NCBI GenBank assembly: GCA_021814165.1
Contig: JAKAIX010000001.1
Coordinates: 216,369-280,368, forward strand
Length of the DNA: 64,000 nucleotides
DNA from: a bacterium
GTDB lineage: Bacteria > Patescibacteriota > Minisyncoccia > UBA6257 > GWB1-50-10
Direction of reading: 5' to 3'
Under the pieces are notes generated by a model that ran no database searches, was not told the DNA's origin, and was given only the letters and a program-made list of their open reading frames with translations. A program made the position numbers and the translations under genes. Below, in pieces: positions 39,049 through 49,843 of the stretch (position 1 is the first letter of the stretch; the number at the start of each line of letters is the position of its first letter).

Positions 39049-42000
39049 TTATTCCGTTACTTCTTGATCCCTTTCCTCTACATCGCTGTCACGACTCTTT
39101 TCATACTCATAGGTCACGTTCAACCCGAGCGATTTAAGTTCGCTTACCAGCACGTTGAATGACGCCGGGATGTTCGGCTTCCTGATTTCCTGACCGCGGA
39201 TGATTGACTCGAACGCGGCCGATCGCCCCATCACGTCGTCCGATTTAATAGTGAGCATTTCTTGGAGCGTATGCGCGGCTCCGTATCCTTCGAGTGCCCA
39301 CACTTCCATTTCTCCAAATCGTTGGCCTCCGAGCTGAGCTTTCCCGCCCAAGGGCTGCTGGGTGATAAGAGAATAAGGGCCCGTCGATCGCACGTGCATT
39401 TTATCTTCAACGAGGTGGCTTAATTTCATAATATACATATATCCCACCGTTACCGGTTCTTTGAATTTCTGCCCGGTAAGACCGTTGAACACGTTCATTT
39501 TCCCCGTTTCGCTCACCCCGGCGGCAACAAGTTCTTTCTTTATTTCCTCTTCTCCCGCTCCCACGAAACTCGGAACTACCGCGCGATAGCCGAGCTTTTT
39601 CGCGGCAAGCCCGAGATGCGTCTCAAGAATCTGACCTAAATTCATACGCGAGGCGACACCCAGCGGATTTAATACGATATCGACAGGCGTACCGTCTTCA
39701 AGGTACGGCATGTCTTCCATCTTCCTTACTTGAGAAATGACGCCTTTGTTGCCGTAGCGTCCGGCGAGCTTGTCGCCCGCACTTACTTTCCGGAGTTGCG
39801 CAACTTCAACCTGGATTTTCTTGATAATACCGGGTTCAAGCTTGTCTCCCTTGTCACGGGAGAAAATCTTGATACCGATCACTCTCCCCTGTTTTCCGTG
39901 AGGAAGCGTAAGCGACGAATCTTTTACGTCGCGCGCTTTCTCTCCGAATATCGCACGGAGCAGACGTTCCTCCGACGTAAGTTCCGACTCGCCTTTCGGA
40001 GATATCTTTCCGACGAGTATATCGTTCGCTCTAACTTCGGCACCGATACGCACGATGCCTTCCGCATCGAGATTTCTCAACTTGTCTTCCGCAACATTCG
40101 GGATATCGGGCGTCGTAATTTCGGCGCCAAGTTTCGTGTCACGCACGAGGCATACGAAGGTTTCGATATAAATGGAGGTGAAGAAATCTTCACGCGCGAC
40201 GCGCTCTGAAAGTATGATTGCATCTTCGAAATTCGCCCCCCTCCAAGGAAGGAACGCAACAAGGAGATTCTTTCCGAGTGCGAGTACGCCTTCTTCGGTC
40301 GCGGGACCATCCGCGAGTACTTGGCCCGGCTTCACTTTATCGCCCACGTTCACAATCGGACGCTGGGACATGCACGTCGACTGGTTCGATCGCTTGAATT
40401 TGTAGAGCGGGTATGTTTTCGCACCGTGCTCCGTTTTCACCGTAACCCCGCTTGCGTCAACTTCCGAAACGACGCCGTGAACGTCGGATACGATCACCTG
40501 TCCGGAATAATGCGCCGCTCGTTCTTCTTCTCCCGTACCTACGAGAGGCGCTTCCGGCTTCACTGTCGGAACCGCCTGACGCTGCATGTTTGATCCCATG
40601 AGCACTCTGTTCGCATCACTATGTTCGATGAAAGGTATAAGAGAGGTGGAGATGCTGATCATTTGGTCCGTGGCGACATCGACAAAGTCAACCTCTTTAC
40701 GGAGACACGTTCCCGGCACTCCTTTCAGCCGGGCAGGAACCGTAGCGGGCAGCAAAGATCCCTTCTCGTCCGTCGCCACGTCCGCCTGCGTAATATTGTA
40801 TTTTTCTTCGGCTATGGCGGAGAGCCATACCACCTCTTTCGTTATCACTCCGTCCTTCACCTTGAAATACGGCGTTTCCAGGAATCCGAATTCGTTGATA
40901 CGGGCATGGTTTGCAAGATAGTTCACGAGACCGATATTCGCGCCTTCAGGCGTCTGGATAGGGCAGATACGCCCGTAATACGACGGGTGTACGTCCCTCA
41001 CCTCGAATCCCGCACGCTCACGGGTGAGCCCCCCGGGGCCCATAGCCGAGAGACGGCGTTTATGCTCGAGTTCCGCAAGAGGATTCACCTGGTCCATAAA
41101 CTGCGAAAGCGGAGACGCCGCAAAGAGATCCCGCACCACCGAAGTAAGAAGTTTGTAGTTAATGAGTTGCGCGGGTTGGAGTCCCGTCCGTTCCAGAGTT
41201 GACATCCGATCCTGAATGCCGCGTTTCAGACGGGCAAATCCGATGCGCAATCTCGATTGAATGAGCTCTCCCACGGAACGGATGCGGCGATTGCCAAGAT
41301 GATCGATATCGTCCGGCTCCGCCCCCTGATTGTTATTCAAGCGGATAATCTCCGCGATAATCGCGATTAAGTCATCTTTATCGAGCAATCTGCTCTTCTT
41401 TTTTTCAAACCCGAGTCGTTCATTAAACTTGTAGCGTCCCACGGCGCTCAAATCGTATCTGTCGAAACGGGAGAACATCGGTTCGATCAGAAGCTTGGCG
41501 TTCTCAACAGTCGCAAGATCCCCCGGACGAAGACGCCGATAAATCTCGATAAACGCGTCGTCCGTCGTCTTTGCCTCGTCTTTTTTCAGGGTTACATCGA
41601 TATGCTTCGTACTCCCCGCGTCCACTCCCCCGAACGCCTTGAAGATCGCGTCATTCGAAGAAACGCCGAATATACGGAGAAGCTGCGTCACCGGTGCCTT
41701 GCGGCGCCGATCGATCTTCACTCCGAGAAATCCGTCAGACTCGGTCTCAAATTCCAACCATGCGCCTCTGTTCGGAATAACTTTTGCGCTGAACAACTTT
41801 CTTCCGCGATACATAACCGCGGAGAAGTATACGCCGGGAGAACGTATAATCTGGGAGATCACGACGCGTTCGACGCCGTTGATAATAAAAGTTCCCCGGT
41901 CGGTCATGAGGGGGAAATCACCGAGATACACCTCTTGTGTTTTTTCTTCCTTGGTTTCCTTATTGACGAGTTTCACGTTCACCCGAAGCGGCGCTTCGTA

Positions 42001-42237
42001 CGTCTGATCCTTCTCGAGAGCTTTCGCCTCCGTATACTTCGGCTCGTCGAATTTGTAGTCGAGAAAGCTCAACTCAAGCTCGTTGCCGGTATGATCCTGG
42101 ATCGGAGAAATTTCATCAAACAACTCGCGAAGACCGTGAGCGAGAAACCACTTGTACGAATCCGTTTGAATCGCCACCGGGTTCGTGGTGGTGTGTATCG
42201 GACCTTTATACGAAGAAAAAACTTTTACTTTTTGCAT
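39049..42237 (-). CDS. rpoB: RNA polymerase beta subunit
   Basis: SQFMDQ, GSNMQRQA, GDKLAGRYGNKG, GGQRFGEME. Confidence 0.98.
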   Translation of the reverse strand: MQKVKVFSSYKGPIHTTTNPVAIQTDSYKWFLAHGLRELFDEISPIQDHTGNELELSFLDYKFDEPKYTEAKALEKDQTYEAPLRVNVKLVNKETKEEKTQEVYLGDFPLMTDRGTFIINGVERVVISQIIRSPGVYFSAVMYRGRKLFSAKVIPNRGAWLEFETESDGFLGVKIDRRRKAPVTQLLRIFGVSSNDAIFKAFGGVDAGSTKHIDVTLKKDEAKTTDDAFIEIYRRLRPGDLATVENAKLLIEPMFSRFDRYDLSAVGRYKFNERLGFEKKKSRLLDKDDLIAIIAEIIRLNNNQGAEPDDIDHLGNRRIRSVGELIQSRLRIGFARLKRGIQDRMSTLERTGLQPAQLINYKLLTSVVRDLFAASPLSQFMDQVNPLAELEHKRRLSAMGPGGLTRERAGFEVRDVHPSYYGRICPIQTPEGANIGLVNYLANHARINEFGFLETPYFKVKDGVITKEVVWLSAIAEEKYNITQADVATDEKGSLLPATVPARLKGVPGTCLRKEVDFVDVATDQMISISTSLIPFIEHSDANRVLMGSNMQRQAVPTVKPEAPLVGTGEEERAAHYSGQVIVSDVHGVVSEVDASGVTVKTEHGAKTYPLYKFKRSNQSTCMSQRPIVNVGDKVKPGQVLADGPATEEGVLALGKNLLVAFLPWRGANFEDAIILSERVAREDFFTSIYIETFVCLVRDTKLGAEITTPDIPNVAEDKLRNLDAEGIVRIGAEVRANDILVGKISPKGESELTSEERLLRAIFGEKARDVKDSSLTLPHGKQGRVIGIKIFSRDKGDKLEPGIIKKIQVEVAQLRKVSAGDKLAGRYGNKGVISQVRKMEDMPYLEDGTPVDIVLNPLGVASRMNLGQILETHLGLAAKKLGYRAVVPSFVGAGEEEIKKELVAAGVSETGKMNVFNGLTGQKFKEPVTVGYMYIMKLSHLVEDKMHVRSTGPYSLITQQPLGGKAQLGGQRFGEMEVWALEGYGAAHTLQEMLTIKSDDVMGRSAAFESIIRGQEIRKPNIPASFNVLVSELKSLGLNVTYEYEKSRDSDVEERDQEVTE

Positions 42238-42272
42238 GATGGGTTACCAATGTGGTCGACTGATCTTTTTTC

Positions 42273-43289
42273 TTAAAAATAGCGAGTTTGGTTTTGGTTA
42301 TGTTCGAGAAGGGTCTTTGAATAGACGGTTTTCCCGTCAGGAGCCGAGAGATAATAAAGATAGTCGCTTGAAACCGGATGCAATGCCGCTTCTATCGCGT
42401 CTTTCCCGGGATTTCCGATCGGCGTGGGAGTGAACCCGCGATAGGTGTATGTATTGAAGGGGGAATCGATCTTCGTATCCTGCTTCGTGAGCGTACGCGA
42501 ACCGCAGCTTTCAAGCGCGCCTTTGCATTTCGCATAAAGCACCGTCGCGTCAACCTGAAGCGGCATCCCTATCGAAAAGCGCTTCAAGAGAATGCCTCCG
42601 ACAAGCCGCCTGTCCTCTTCGGTAACCACTTCCTTCTCAAGGTATGAAGCAAGCGTGAGCGATTGGTACCAGTTGCTGTTTTGCGAAAGAAGCGGCCACG
42701 CTTTCGTCTCGAATGCGTCCAAAAACCGCCTGACTGCCTGTTCGGGCGTTGCGCGGATGGAAAACTCATACGTATCGGGAAAAAGAAAACCCTCGAGCGA
42801 CGAGGCGTTATTCAAAAACGGATAGGATTCCTGAAGCGACTTGAGCGGCATGTGTATAATGTCACCGGGAGCCGTCACGCCCGCGTTCGCGAGAACGGCA
42901 TCGATATCCTTCATCGTGGTCCCTTCGGTAATCGTAACCGTTACTTCATTTTTCACGCCTCGGGCGAGCTCGCGCACGATTTCGGGCACGCTCATCGTGC
43001 GATCAAGCACATACACTCCGGGCTGGAATTTGCGCGCGCTCCCTGTTACAAAAGAATAAAGTTTAAACACGGTGATTGAACGAATTAAAGAATCGCTGGA
43101 TAAACGCGCTCCGATCGATCGGAAGCTCTCTCCTTTTACGACTTCAAATGTAGTCGGTGTCGCTTCCCCCATAACCGGCTGCAGCCCGTAGAAAAAATAT
43201 GCGGCGCAAAGAATGAATAGAAGGACCGCCCCCAACACAATGAGAAAACGCAAACCGAGAAGCCCTCGTTGTTTATCCTGAGGATTCAA
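42273..43289 (-). CDS. mltG: Endolytic transglycosylase MltG
   Basis: LEGFLFPDTY, LASYLEKE, PLQVDAT, SPFNTY, PTPIGNPG. Confidence 0.93.
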   Translation of the reverse strand: MNPQDKQRGLLGLRFLIVLGAVLLFILCAAYFFYGLQPVMGEATPTTFEVVKGESFRSIGARLSSDSLIRSITVFKLYSFVTGSARKFQPGVYVLDRTMSVPEIVRELARGVKNEVTVTITEGTTMKDIDAVLANAGVTAPGDIIHMPLKSLQESYPFLNNASSLEGFLFPDTYEFSIRATPEQAVRRFLDAFETKAWPLLSQNSNWYQSLTLASYLEKEVVTEEDRRLVGGILLKRFSIGMPLQVDATVLYAKCKGALESCGSRTLTKQDTKIDSPFNTYTYRGFTPTPIGNPGKDAIEAALHPVSSDYLYYLSAPDGKTVYSKTLLEHNQNQTRYF

Positions 43290-44367
43290 TTTTTATGTGT
43301 TGAATTATACTAATGAGCGTTGCAATCGTCAAGAGACTTGATCCGCCGTAGCTCACGAAAGGAAGGGTGATACCGGTTACCGGCACCAGGCCGAGATTTG
43401 AACCGACATTAATCAGAAACTGTATGAAAAGAATAAGCGCACTCCCCAACACTACGAACTTCTCTTCGTTACTCCCCGCTCTAAGCCCGATATTCGTTAA
43501 TTGTACGAATATAAAGAAGAAAGTCAAGAGAAGTATGGCGTCAGCGGCTATACCCCACTCCTCCGTAAAGGCGGCGAAGATGAAATCCGTATGGGCTTCG
43601 GGGAGGAAATGAAACTGAATCTGCGTCCCCTGTCCAAACCCTTTTCCCCACAGTCCGGCGGAACCGATCGCGATTTTTGACTGGATTACGTTGTAGTTGA
43701 TACCCAGCGGGTCCCGCTCCGGAAAGAGGAATCCCGTAAGCCGGTCTTTTTGATACGGCTTAAGAAATGACGTCCAAAGCAGTATGAGGCAACCGACTCC
43801 CACCGCGAGGCCGATCAGGAATCGTTTCTTATTCACCCCGCTCATCAGCATAAACCCAAGCCAGATGCTCATGACGATAATCGTGGATCCGAGATCGGGA
43901 TGAACCGCAATCAAGAATGCGGGAATCATCGTGTAACAAAGTGAAATGAAAAGATTTTTTGTCCTCCAGACCGCGACATAACGCTTCGTAAAGAATCCCG
44001 CGAGGAAAATCACAAGCGCGAATTTTGCGAACTCCGCCGGTTCGAATTGGAACCCGCCGATCGAAAGCCAGCTTTTCGTTCCTCTGACGAGCGTCGATTG
44101 CAGGTTCGAGATCACGAGAAAAAAGACCGCAGCCCAATATGCTCCGTACCTGAATGCGGACCAACGCAAGAGCCACGACCACGGCAATCGGCTCCCGAAT
44201 ATAATTATGACGAACGCGACCCCGTACCAAATAAGCTGCCGCAAGAAAAAGGTGCGGTCATAACTCGCGAGCGTAAGCAAGCTTACCGCCGCGAGCACCA
44301 TAAATCCGCCGACAAGCGCCCAGTCCAGTTTTTGAAGTCGCGAAAAAAGCATATTACTCTTCCGCAC
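43273..44367 (-). CDS. rodA: SEDS peptidoglycan polymerase (RodA/FtsW)
   Basis: FEPAEFAK, HPDLG, QSKIAIGSAG, LPEAHTDFIF, PVTGITLPFVSYGGSS. Confidence 0.9.
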   Translation of the reverse strand: MRKSNMLFSRLQKLDWALVGGFMVLAAVSLLTLASYDRTFFLRQLIWYGVAFVIIIFGSRLPWSWLLRWSAFRYGAYWAAVFFLVISNLQSTLVRGTKSWLSIGGFQFEPAEFAKFALVIFLAGFFTKRYVAVWRTKNLFISLCYTMIPAFLIAVHPDLGSTIIVMSIWLGFMLMSGVNKKRFLIGLAVGVGCLILLWTSFLKPYQKDRLTGFLFPERDPLGINYNVIQSKIAIGSAGLWGKGFGQGTQIQFHFLPEAHTDFIFAAFTEEWGIAADAILLLTFFFIFVQLTNIGLRAGSNEEKFVVLGSALILFIQFLINVGSNLGLVPVTGITLPFVSYGGSSLLTIATLISIIQHIKIESSG

Positions 44368-45076
44368 TCACAAATACCCTGGTTCTGGAACCGTCGATCC
44401 TTCCGACGAGCGCCGGGTCGGGAGGAATATACACGGAGAAAGGAACGGAGCTCAGGCTTCCGATCCGCTCAAGAAGCGTCTGCCCGCCGAATACGGGATC
44501 ATCATACGTATTATAGAGAAGGACCGTCACTTTCACCGTCCCTGTCGAAAGAGGGCTTGTGTTCCGGATTGATCCCTCCACCTTTATTCCGTCACTCGCG
44601 ACCGTGGTGGTAGGCCGTCCGTCAACCGCAAGATGCGGCTCAAGAAGTACGCTCCTTGGAACCCACTCCGGCGACAGACTGAGATCGGCACGCGAAGCTC
44701 TTCCGATGTTGTAAGAAGTTCCTTCGTATGACGAAAGAAGAAATTTTGACTCTCCCGGGAATATTGCATCCGACCCCCTTACCTGGTCCACGCGAGCGCC
44801 GTTTCCGTCATAGAGCGTAAACGTGTAATCGAGCTTTCTCGCGCCATATTCGGCATTCTTGTTTGAAATTCCCGCGAGAAGAATAATACGGGAAAGATCA
44901 CTGCTCTTAAAGAGCTGAATCGGCTCCTGGACGGCAATCGGGATCGCTTTGTCTTGCGCGGCGGGCAATCCGCTCTCCGAAGCCGCGCCGGAGCCGCCGA
45001 ACATCCGATACAAGAGAAGTCCGAAAATAAAAAGATAAACGAATCCGTACACAAATTGTTTCGCTCCGCGAGTCAT
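44354..45076 (-). CDS. Membrane-anchored hypothetical protein with beta-rich domains
   Basis: N-terminal TM helix, operonic overlap with rodA. Confidence 0.75.
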   Translation of the reverse strand: MTRGAKQFVYGFVYLFIFGLLLYRMFGGSGAASESGLPAAQDKAIPIAVQEPIQLFKSSDLSRIILLAGISNKNAEYGARKLDYTFTLYDGNGARVDQVRGSDAIFPGESKFLLSSYEGTSYNIGRASRADLSLSPEWVPRSVLLEPHLAVDGRPTTTVASDGIKVEGSIRNTSPLSTGTVKVTVLLYNTYDDPVFGGQTLLERIGSLSSVPFSVYIPPDPALVGRIDGSRTRVFVSAEE

Positions 45077-45143
45077 AAAGTTATAGTAACATAGACCGCC
45101 ACCCGGAGACCGGGTTTTTGGAAATGACGGAAATCAACGCAAA

Positions 45144-45410
45144 CTATTTCTCGAAAAACACTTCGTCCCCTTCACGTACTTTATCCTTCACTTTTACCCC
45201 GACTTCCTGCCCTTTCTTCGCGCTTTCAATTGCTTCGTGATCATACTGCATCGATTTTATCTGTTCCGCAAAGTCGGTCGTCGCTCCCTTAAAACGGATC
45301 GTATCGCCTACTTTCACCACCGTGTTGCATTTTATGATCGCAACATCAATGCCACCGAAATAGTGCGTGACGACGCCGATTGATTTTTCTTCTTTTGGTT
45401 GTTTCGGCAT
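45144..45410 (-). CDS. Small translation-factor-like beta-barrel protein (U32 C-terminal-like)
   Basis: IGVVTHYF, VGDTIRFKG, AKKGQEVGVKV..KVREGDEVF. Confidence 0.8.
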   Translation of the reverse strand: MPKQPKEEKSIGVVTHYFGGIDVAIIKCNTVVKVGDTIRFKGATTDFAEQIKSMQYDHEAIESAKKGQEVGVKVKDKVREGDEVFFEK

Positions 45411-45441
45411 CCTGTATGCTTTATATCCGGCCTTTCAATCA

Positions 45442-47268
45442 TTATACTACCTCGCTTTGGTAGCACTGTTCACAATACACCGCCTCGGGGCGGTCGGGAG
45501 CATAGGGAGTATCGAACTCGTTGGGACAAGGTTTCTCGTCATGGAAATGGGGCGTGGTGTTGCGGTAGGGAGATTTATCCCCTAATTCCTTATTCCCTGC
45601 CTGCGCAGGCAGGCTTATTTCTGACTCCCTTCCGTCGCATGTGCACCTTCGGCGCCAGAGCCTGACAGGGTTTCTTCTTGTCATCCTCCCGAAATGCCGG
45701 CAGTTCGAGCAAAGCCGGGGAAGCGGCAGATTCATCTTCCTGTAGAACATAAGCTCCTCGGGAATGATCTTGAAAGCGAATGAACATTTCTCGTTACATC
45801 CGCCGGAACTTGCGTGAGCGCAACCGATAATTTCGTTCACGATCGAATCATCCGTATCCCGGATGGCATCGGGAAGCTCTTCCGATTTTTTGGTAACCGA
45901 GTAGTGTTTCGTCTCTTCTTCCCTCCAGATGTATCCCCCGGCCGTTACTTCTTCCCTCGAAAGCGGAAAGTATTCTTGAGCGATTGTCTCGTTGTAAGCG
46001 AAAGGAGAGAGTTCCGAAGGAAAGAATTCTCCGTACCGGTACGTCATCCCCTTCTTATCAACATACGGCACTCCCTCCATCTGGTTAATAATCCGCGGTA
46101 CAAGTTCCTTATATTCCTCTTTCGTGTACTGCTTGTTCAGAATGCAATACTCTTTTTTCCGGAGACCGATGCAGCCGAAACAGTTTTGACACCCGTGGCA
46201 GGCGTAGGAATAGGCAACGTCGTTCCCCGTCCACACGAATATATCGAAATAGAATCTATTTCCATCCGCACCGGTATCAACCGACTCGTAGAGAAGTTCG
46301 GCATTCGCACCAAGCCCGTAGCCGTCGTATGCGTCATACATTTTCATTCCCCCGTTGATGCAGTAACGGCAATCGCGGACGTCATTCGAGATATCGAAGG
46401 AATCCCTGCAGTTGCTCACGTTCGTCAAATTGTCTCCGGTAGCATTCTGCGAATTTACGATATTCGCGTACTTTCTTAAGGCGTTTTTCTTGATATCCTC
46501 GAATTTTGCCTTGAATTTTTCCATCTCCGCGGCGCTGCCGAGATTGAATCCCTTCAGCGTTTCAAGATATTCGTCCCGCGAATACGGTCGATTAAAGATG
46601 TGGTAGGATTTGTTTCTCAGGTTCGTACACCCGAAACAGTTGTTGCATCCGCGACATTCGTAAAGGAAGTACGAATCGCTGCAGTTTTCGCAGTTTTCCG
46701 CATAGATAACCCGGTAAAGCTTCGACGAGCCTATGGCCTCATAACACAACTCTGAGTTGTTCACCACGAGAAGATCGGAGGAATCCTTTGCTCCCAGTAT
46801 TTTGCTGCTGTAGAGAAGGTTCTCCCCTCCCCATGTGGCGAAGACCAGATAAGAGTCCTTCAATTCCCCGTTATGATTGCCGTAATCGCTCCGTACGCAA
46901 CGACTGTTGAAGACGGATGGCATGGGTATCTTCCCCAGAAGCTCCCGGAACTGCGAGAAAAACGGTTTTGAGAAATCGTACTCGGTCCCGAACGAGAGCG
47001 GATCCCAGTCGTCGGACCACCATACGTCGCGGTCATACACATGAATTCCCGAGTCGGGAGCAAAGCAGGTGATAACCTGCTTCCCCGTCTTCTCGCATGC
47101 GCGTCTGTAGAGCGTACGTTCGTTGCGCCACGTCATCCTCCTCACGGCGCGACAGCTCGGGCAGAATGTCGGTGGCGGCACCTGTATTTTTCCGTAAAAA
47201 TCGATATCTTCCTGATCAATAACAAAAAGGGTCTTACAGCTCTGACAGGTTTTTGTTTCCGAACTCAT
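45442..47268 (-). CDS. Cys-rich zinc-ribbon hypothetical protein of a type common in CPR
   Basis: CQSC, PPTFCPSCR, repeated CFGC motifs, PRLCSNCR, VYCEQCY. Confidence 0.85.
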   Translation of the reverse strand: MSSETKTCQSCKTLFVIDQEDIDFYGKIQVPPPTFCPSCRAVRRMTWRNERTLYRRACEKTGKQVITCFAPDSGIHVYDRDVWWSDDWDPLSFGTEYDFSKPFFSQFRELLGKIPMPSVFNSRCVRSDYGNHNGELKDSYLVFATWGGENLLYSSKILGAKDSSDLLVVNNSELCYEAIGSSKLYRVIYAENCENCSDSYFLYECRGCNNCFGCTNLRNKSYHIFNRPYSRDEYLETLKGFNLGSAAEMEKFKAKFEDIKKNALRKYANIVNSQNATGDNLTNVSNCRDSFDISNDVRDCRYCINGGMKMYDAYDGYGLGANAELLYESVDTGADGNRFYFDIFVWTGNDVAYSYACHGCQNCFGCIGLRKKEYCILNKQYTKEEYKELVPRIINQMEGVPYVDKKGMTYRYGEFFPSELSPFAYNETIAQEYFPLSREEVTAGGYIWREEETKHYSVTKKSEELPDAIRDTDDSIVNEIIGCAHASSGGCNEKCSFAFKIIPEELMFYRKMNLPLPRLCSNCRHFGRMTRRNPVRLWRRRCTCDGRESEISLPAQAGNKELGDKSPYRNTTPHFHDEKPCPNEFDTPYAPDRPEAVYCEQCYQSEVV

Positions 47269-47276
47269 TTTGGCAA

Positions 47277-47975
47277 TTAAATATCCCTTGCGATAACCGC
47301 CATTTTTTTGAATTCCTTCGGATCAATACTCGCTCCTCCTACGAGAAGTCCTGTGATCTCTTTTTTCTCAAGGAAACTTTTTGCATTCCGTGAATTAGTT
47401 GACCCGCCGTATAACACGGGAACATGCAACATTTTCCGTATGACATCGGCAACATACGCTGCTTCTTCCGGGTCGGCATTTTTTCCCGTCCCGATCGCCC
47501 AGATAGGCTCGTAAGCGACGATAAGACTCTTCGAACGTTTTACACGTGAGAGCTGCTTCCTTATAAAGGCGCCGGCGGCATTTCTTCCCCTTCTTCGGAT
47601 GTCCATAGGTTCACCTACGCAAAGAATTACTTTCAGTCCCGCGTCCACACCCGCCTTTGCCTTTTTCGCAATCATCTCGTCGCTCTCCCCGAGGCGACGA
47701 CGCTCCGAGTGTCCGACAATCGCGTAACGGACGCCGAATTTCTTGAGCATCGCCGATGAAACCTCCCCTGTGTATGCCCCTTTTTCCTCAAAAAACGCGT
47801 CCTGCGCGCCGAGTGAAGCATTCTTCAAAACGCCTCTCACGGCGCCCAGAAACGGGAACGGCGGTACGATTACCACGTTATTCTTATCCTCCGCCCGCGC
47901 AATCCTTACCGCCTCGCGTTCAGTGAGCGGATTCATCTTCCAATTAGCAACGATTATTTTTTTCATAAGATTCAT
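47277..47975 (-). CDS. tpiA: Triosephosphate isomerase
   Basis: ANWKMN, GAYTGEVS, GHSERR, AYEPIWAIGTG, LVGGAS. Confidence 0.96.
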   Translation of the reverse strand: MNLMKKIIVANWKMNPLTEREAVRIARAEDKNNVVIVPPFPFLGAVRGVLKNASLGAQDAFFEEKGAYTGEVSSAMLKKFGVRYAIVGHSERRRLGESDEMIAKKAKAGVDAGLKVILCVGEPMDIRRRGRNAAGAFIRKQLSRVKRSKSLIVAYEPIWAIGTGKNADPEEAAYVADVIRKMLHVPVLYGGSTNSRNAKSFLEKKEITGLLVGGASIDPKEFKKMAVIARDI

Positions 47976-48033
47976 CTCAATAATAATATCCCGCTTTCAA
48001 AAAATGCACTAGCTGAAAATGAGTCGCGGATTA

Positions 48034-49017
48034 TTATTTTGAAAGTATCTTCGCCGCCTCATCCGGATCCACCGAATTGATCTGGATCCCCGTCCCCAGT
48101 TCAAATCCGGCGTCGACGCCAAGTTTCGGAACGACTTCGATATGCCAGTGGTAATGACCATAGAACGCACGACGTCTGACGGGTGCCGTATGGATATAAA
48201 AATTATAGTCGGGGTCATGGAGCTTCCGCTTGATTCTTTTGAGCGCTTCTTGGAGCGCAAGCGCCGCGTCTTTCAGTTCTTCCTCCGGGGTCGTCTCGAA
48301 ATACGGAATGTGGCGGAGCGGATATACGCGCAGCTGAAACGGCTCACGGGAAACATACGGCGCGACGACGACTGCCGATTTGTTTTTGAACACGATGCGC
48401 TTTCCCGCCCTCAGTTCATGTTCAATCACGAAATCGTGCATGCAGCGCTTCTGCGCGCGAAAAAAGCGTCCCGAATTACCGAGCGAAACCTCGACGGATT
48501 TGGGAATGATCGGCACGGCGATAATCTGATAATGAGGATGATACACGCTCGCGCCGGCTCCCGGTCCCCAATTATGGAACACGGAGATGTAGGCGACTTC
48601 TTTCTCGCGTCGCAACAATCGGTAGTGTTCTTGTATCGCTTTCAGTACTCCCGTTGCGCTATCCGGCGAAAGATTCGGGAAGTTCGCGTCGTGGTCTCTC
48701 GTCACAATCAGGTCGTGGTGACCGAATCCTTTGAGGAGCTCGTAGGCGCCGTTCCTTCTCTTCAAGAGCGAGCGGTTTCCATGAACGAGCGCGGGGTATT
48801 TGTTTTCAAGAACCGCAATCTCCCAATCCTTGCCGCGACCGTAAAGCGTAATTATCTTCTGTCCTTCCAGCGTCCCTTCGAAGGGACATGTTTTCTCGGG
48901 AGTCCTTACGCGGGGTTTTTTCTTCCTAAAGCTGTCGGGTCGTTTTCCCCGCTTGGGGGCGATGATAACCCAGTTACCTGATATGAGATCGTGGCGTATT
49001 TCGGGACTCTTTATCAT
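48034..49017 (-). CDS. galT: Galactose-1-phosphate uridylyltransferase-like protein (GalT/HIT family)
   Basis: RGKRP, CPF, NKYPAL, AGASVYHPHYQ, YHWHIE, AGFELGTG. Confidence 0.88.
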   Translation of the reverse strand: MIKSPEIRHDLISGNWVIIAPKRGKRPDSFRKKKPRVRTPEKTCPFEGTLEGQKIITLYGRGKDWEIAVLENKYPALVHGNRSLLKRRNGAYELLKGFGHHDLIVTRDHDANFPNLSPDSATGVLKAIQEHYRLLRREKEVAYISVFHNWGPGAGASVYHPHYQIIAVPIIPKSVEVSLGNSGRFFRAQKRCMHDFVIEHELRAGKRIVFKNKSAVVVAPYVSREPFQLRVYPLRHIPYFETTPEEELKDAALALQEALKRIKRKLHDPDYNFYIHTAPVRRRAFYGHYHWHIEVVPKLGVDAGFELGTGIQINSVDPDEAAKILSK

Positions 49018-49736
49018 GCGTATTTGCCGGTCCAGAGCCATACCCGGACGCGAACCACGTCCCAGAGCGTTGAGATATAGGCCTTGAGACCGACGTTCGA
49101 GCGCGTGTCATTTACCCATCTTACCGGCATTTCTTTCACTCTGTATCCGAAGAGTTTCGCGAGCGCAATCGCTTCGACGTCGAATCCCCAACGGTCGATT
49201 TTCATAAGGGGAAACACCGCCTTCGCCGCTTCTTCGGAAAAGCACTTAAAACCGCACTGAGTATCATGAATGCCGCGCGCGACGAGAAGCTGGATGAAAA
49301 GGTTTCCCCCCTTTCCCAAAATCTGGCGGTACCACGGCTGCGGCGGTTCGAGCTTTGCGCCGGGAACCGCGCGTGATCCGCAGACCACGCCGTATCCCTC
49401 CTTAAAATACGGCAGCATGTTCTCGAATTGATCAACGGACGTCGAATTATCCGCGTCCATAAAAAGACGGAAGTTCCCTTTTGCTTCAAGCATCGCCTGC
49501 CGCACTACGAACCCCTTCCCGTGATTCTCTTCGTTCACGATGAGACGCAGATTTTTCATGAGATGGCTAAACCGCGTCACCACTTCGACCGTCGCGTCGG
49601 TCGATCCATCGCTTATCACAATCACTTCGGACGAGTATTCCGCCTGCTTCAAATGACGATCGACGTCGACGAGCGTAAGCGGGAGACGCTTTGCTTCGTT
49701 CTTCGCGGGGATAATGACGGAAAGAAAAGGCTTCAT
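49014..49736 (-). CDS. GT2 polyprenyl-phosphate glycosyltransferase (dolichyl-phosphate glucosyltransferase-like)
   Basis: SVIIPAKNE, DGSTD, NHGKG, FMDAD, DTQCGFK, WGFDVE. Confidence 0.92.
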   Translation of the reverse strand: MKPFLSVIIPAKNEAKRLPLTLVDVDRHLKQAEYSSEVIVISDGSTDATVEVVTRFSHLMKNLRLIVNEENHGKGFVVRQAMLEAKGNFRLFMDADNSTSVDQFENMLPYFKEGYGVVCGSRAVPGAKLEPPQPWYRQILGKGGNLFIQLLVARGIHDTQCGFKCFSEEAAKAVFPLMKIDRWGFDVEAIALAKLFGYRVKEMPVRWVNDTRSNVGLKAYISTLWDVVRVRVWLWTGKYA

Positions 49737-49742
49737 GGTGAG

Positions 49743-49843
49743 AATTTCCAATTTTCAATGGCCAATGATCAATAAATTTTAGAATCGCAAAATTTTAAAA
49801 TTGAAAAAATAATTGGAAATTGATAATTGAAAATTGAAAATTA
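49743..49843. repeat. Inverted heptad-repeat hairpin (TTTTCAA / TTGAAAA family)
   Basis: AATTTCCAATTTTCAATGGCCAATGATCAA ... TTGGAAATTGATAATTGAAAATTGAAAATT. Confidence 0.8.
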
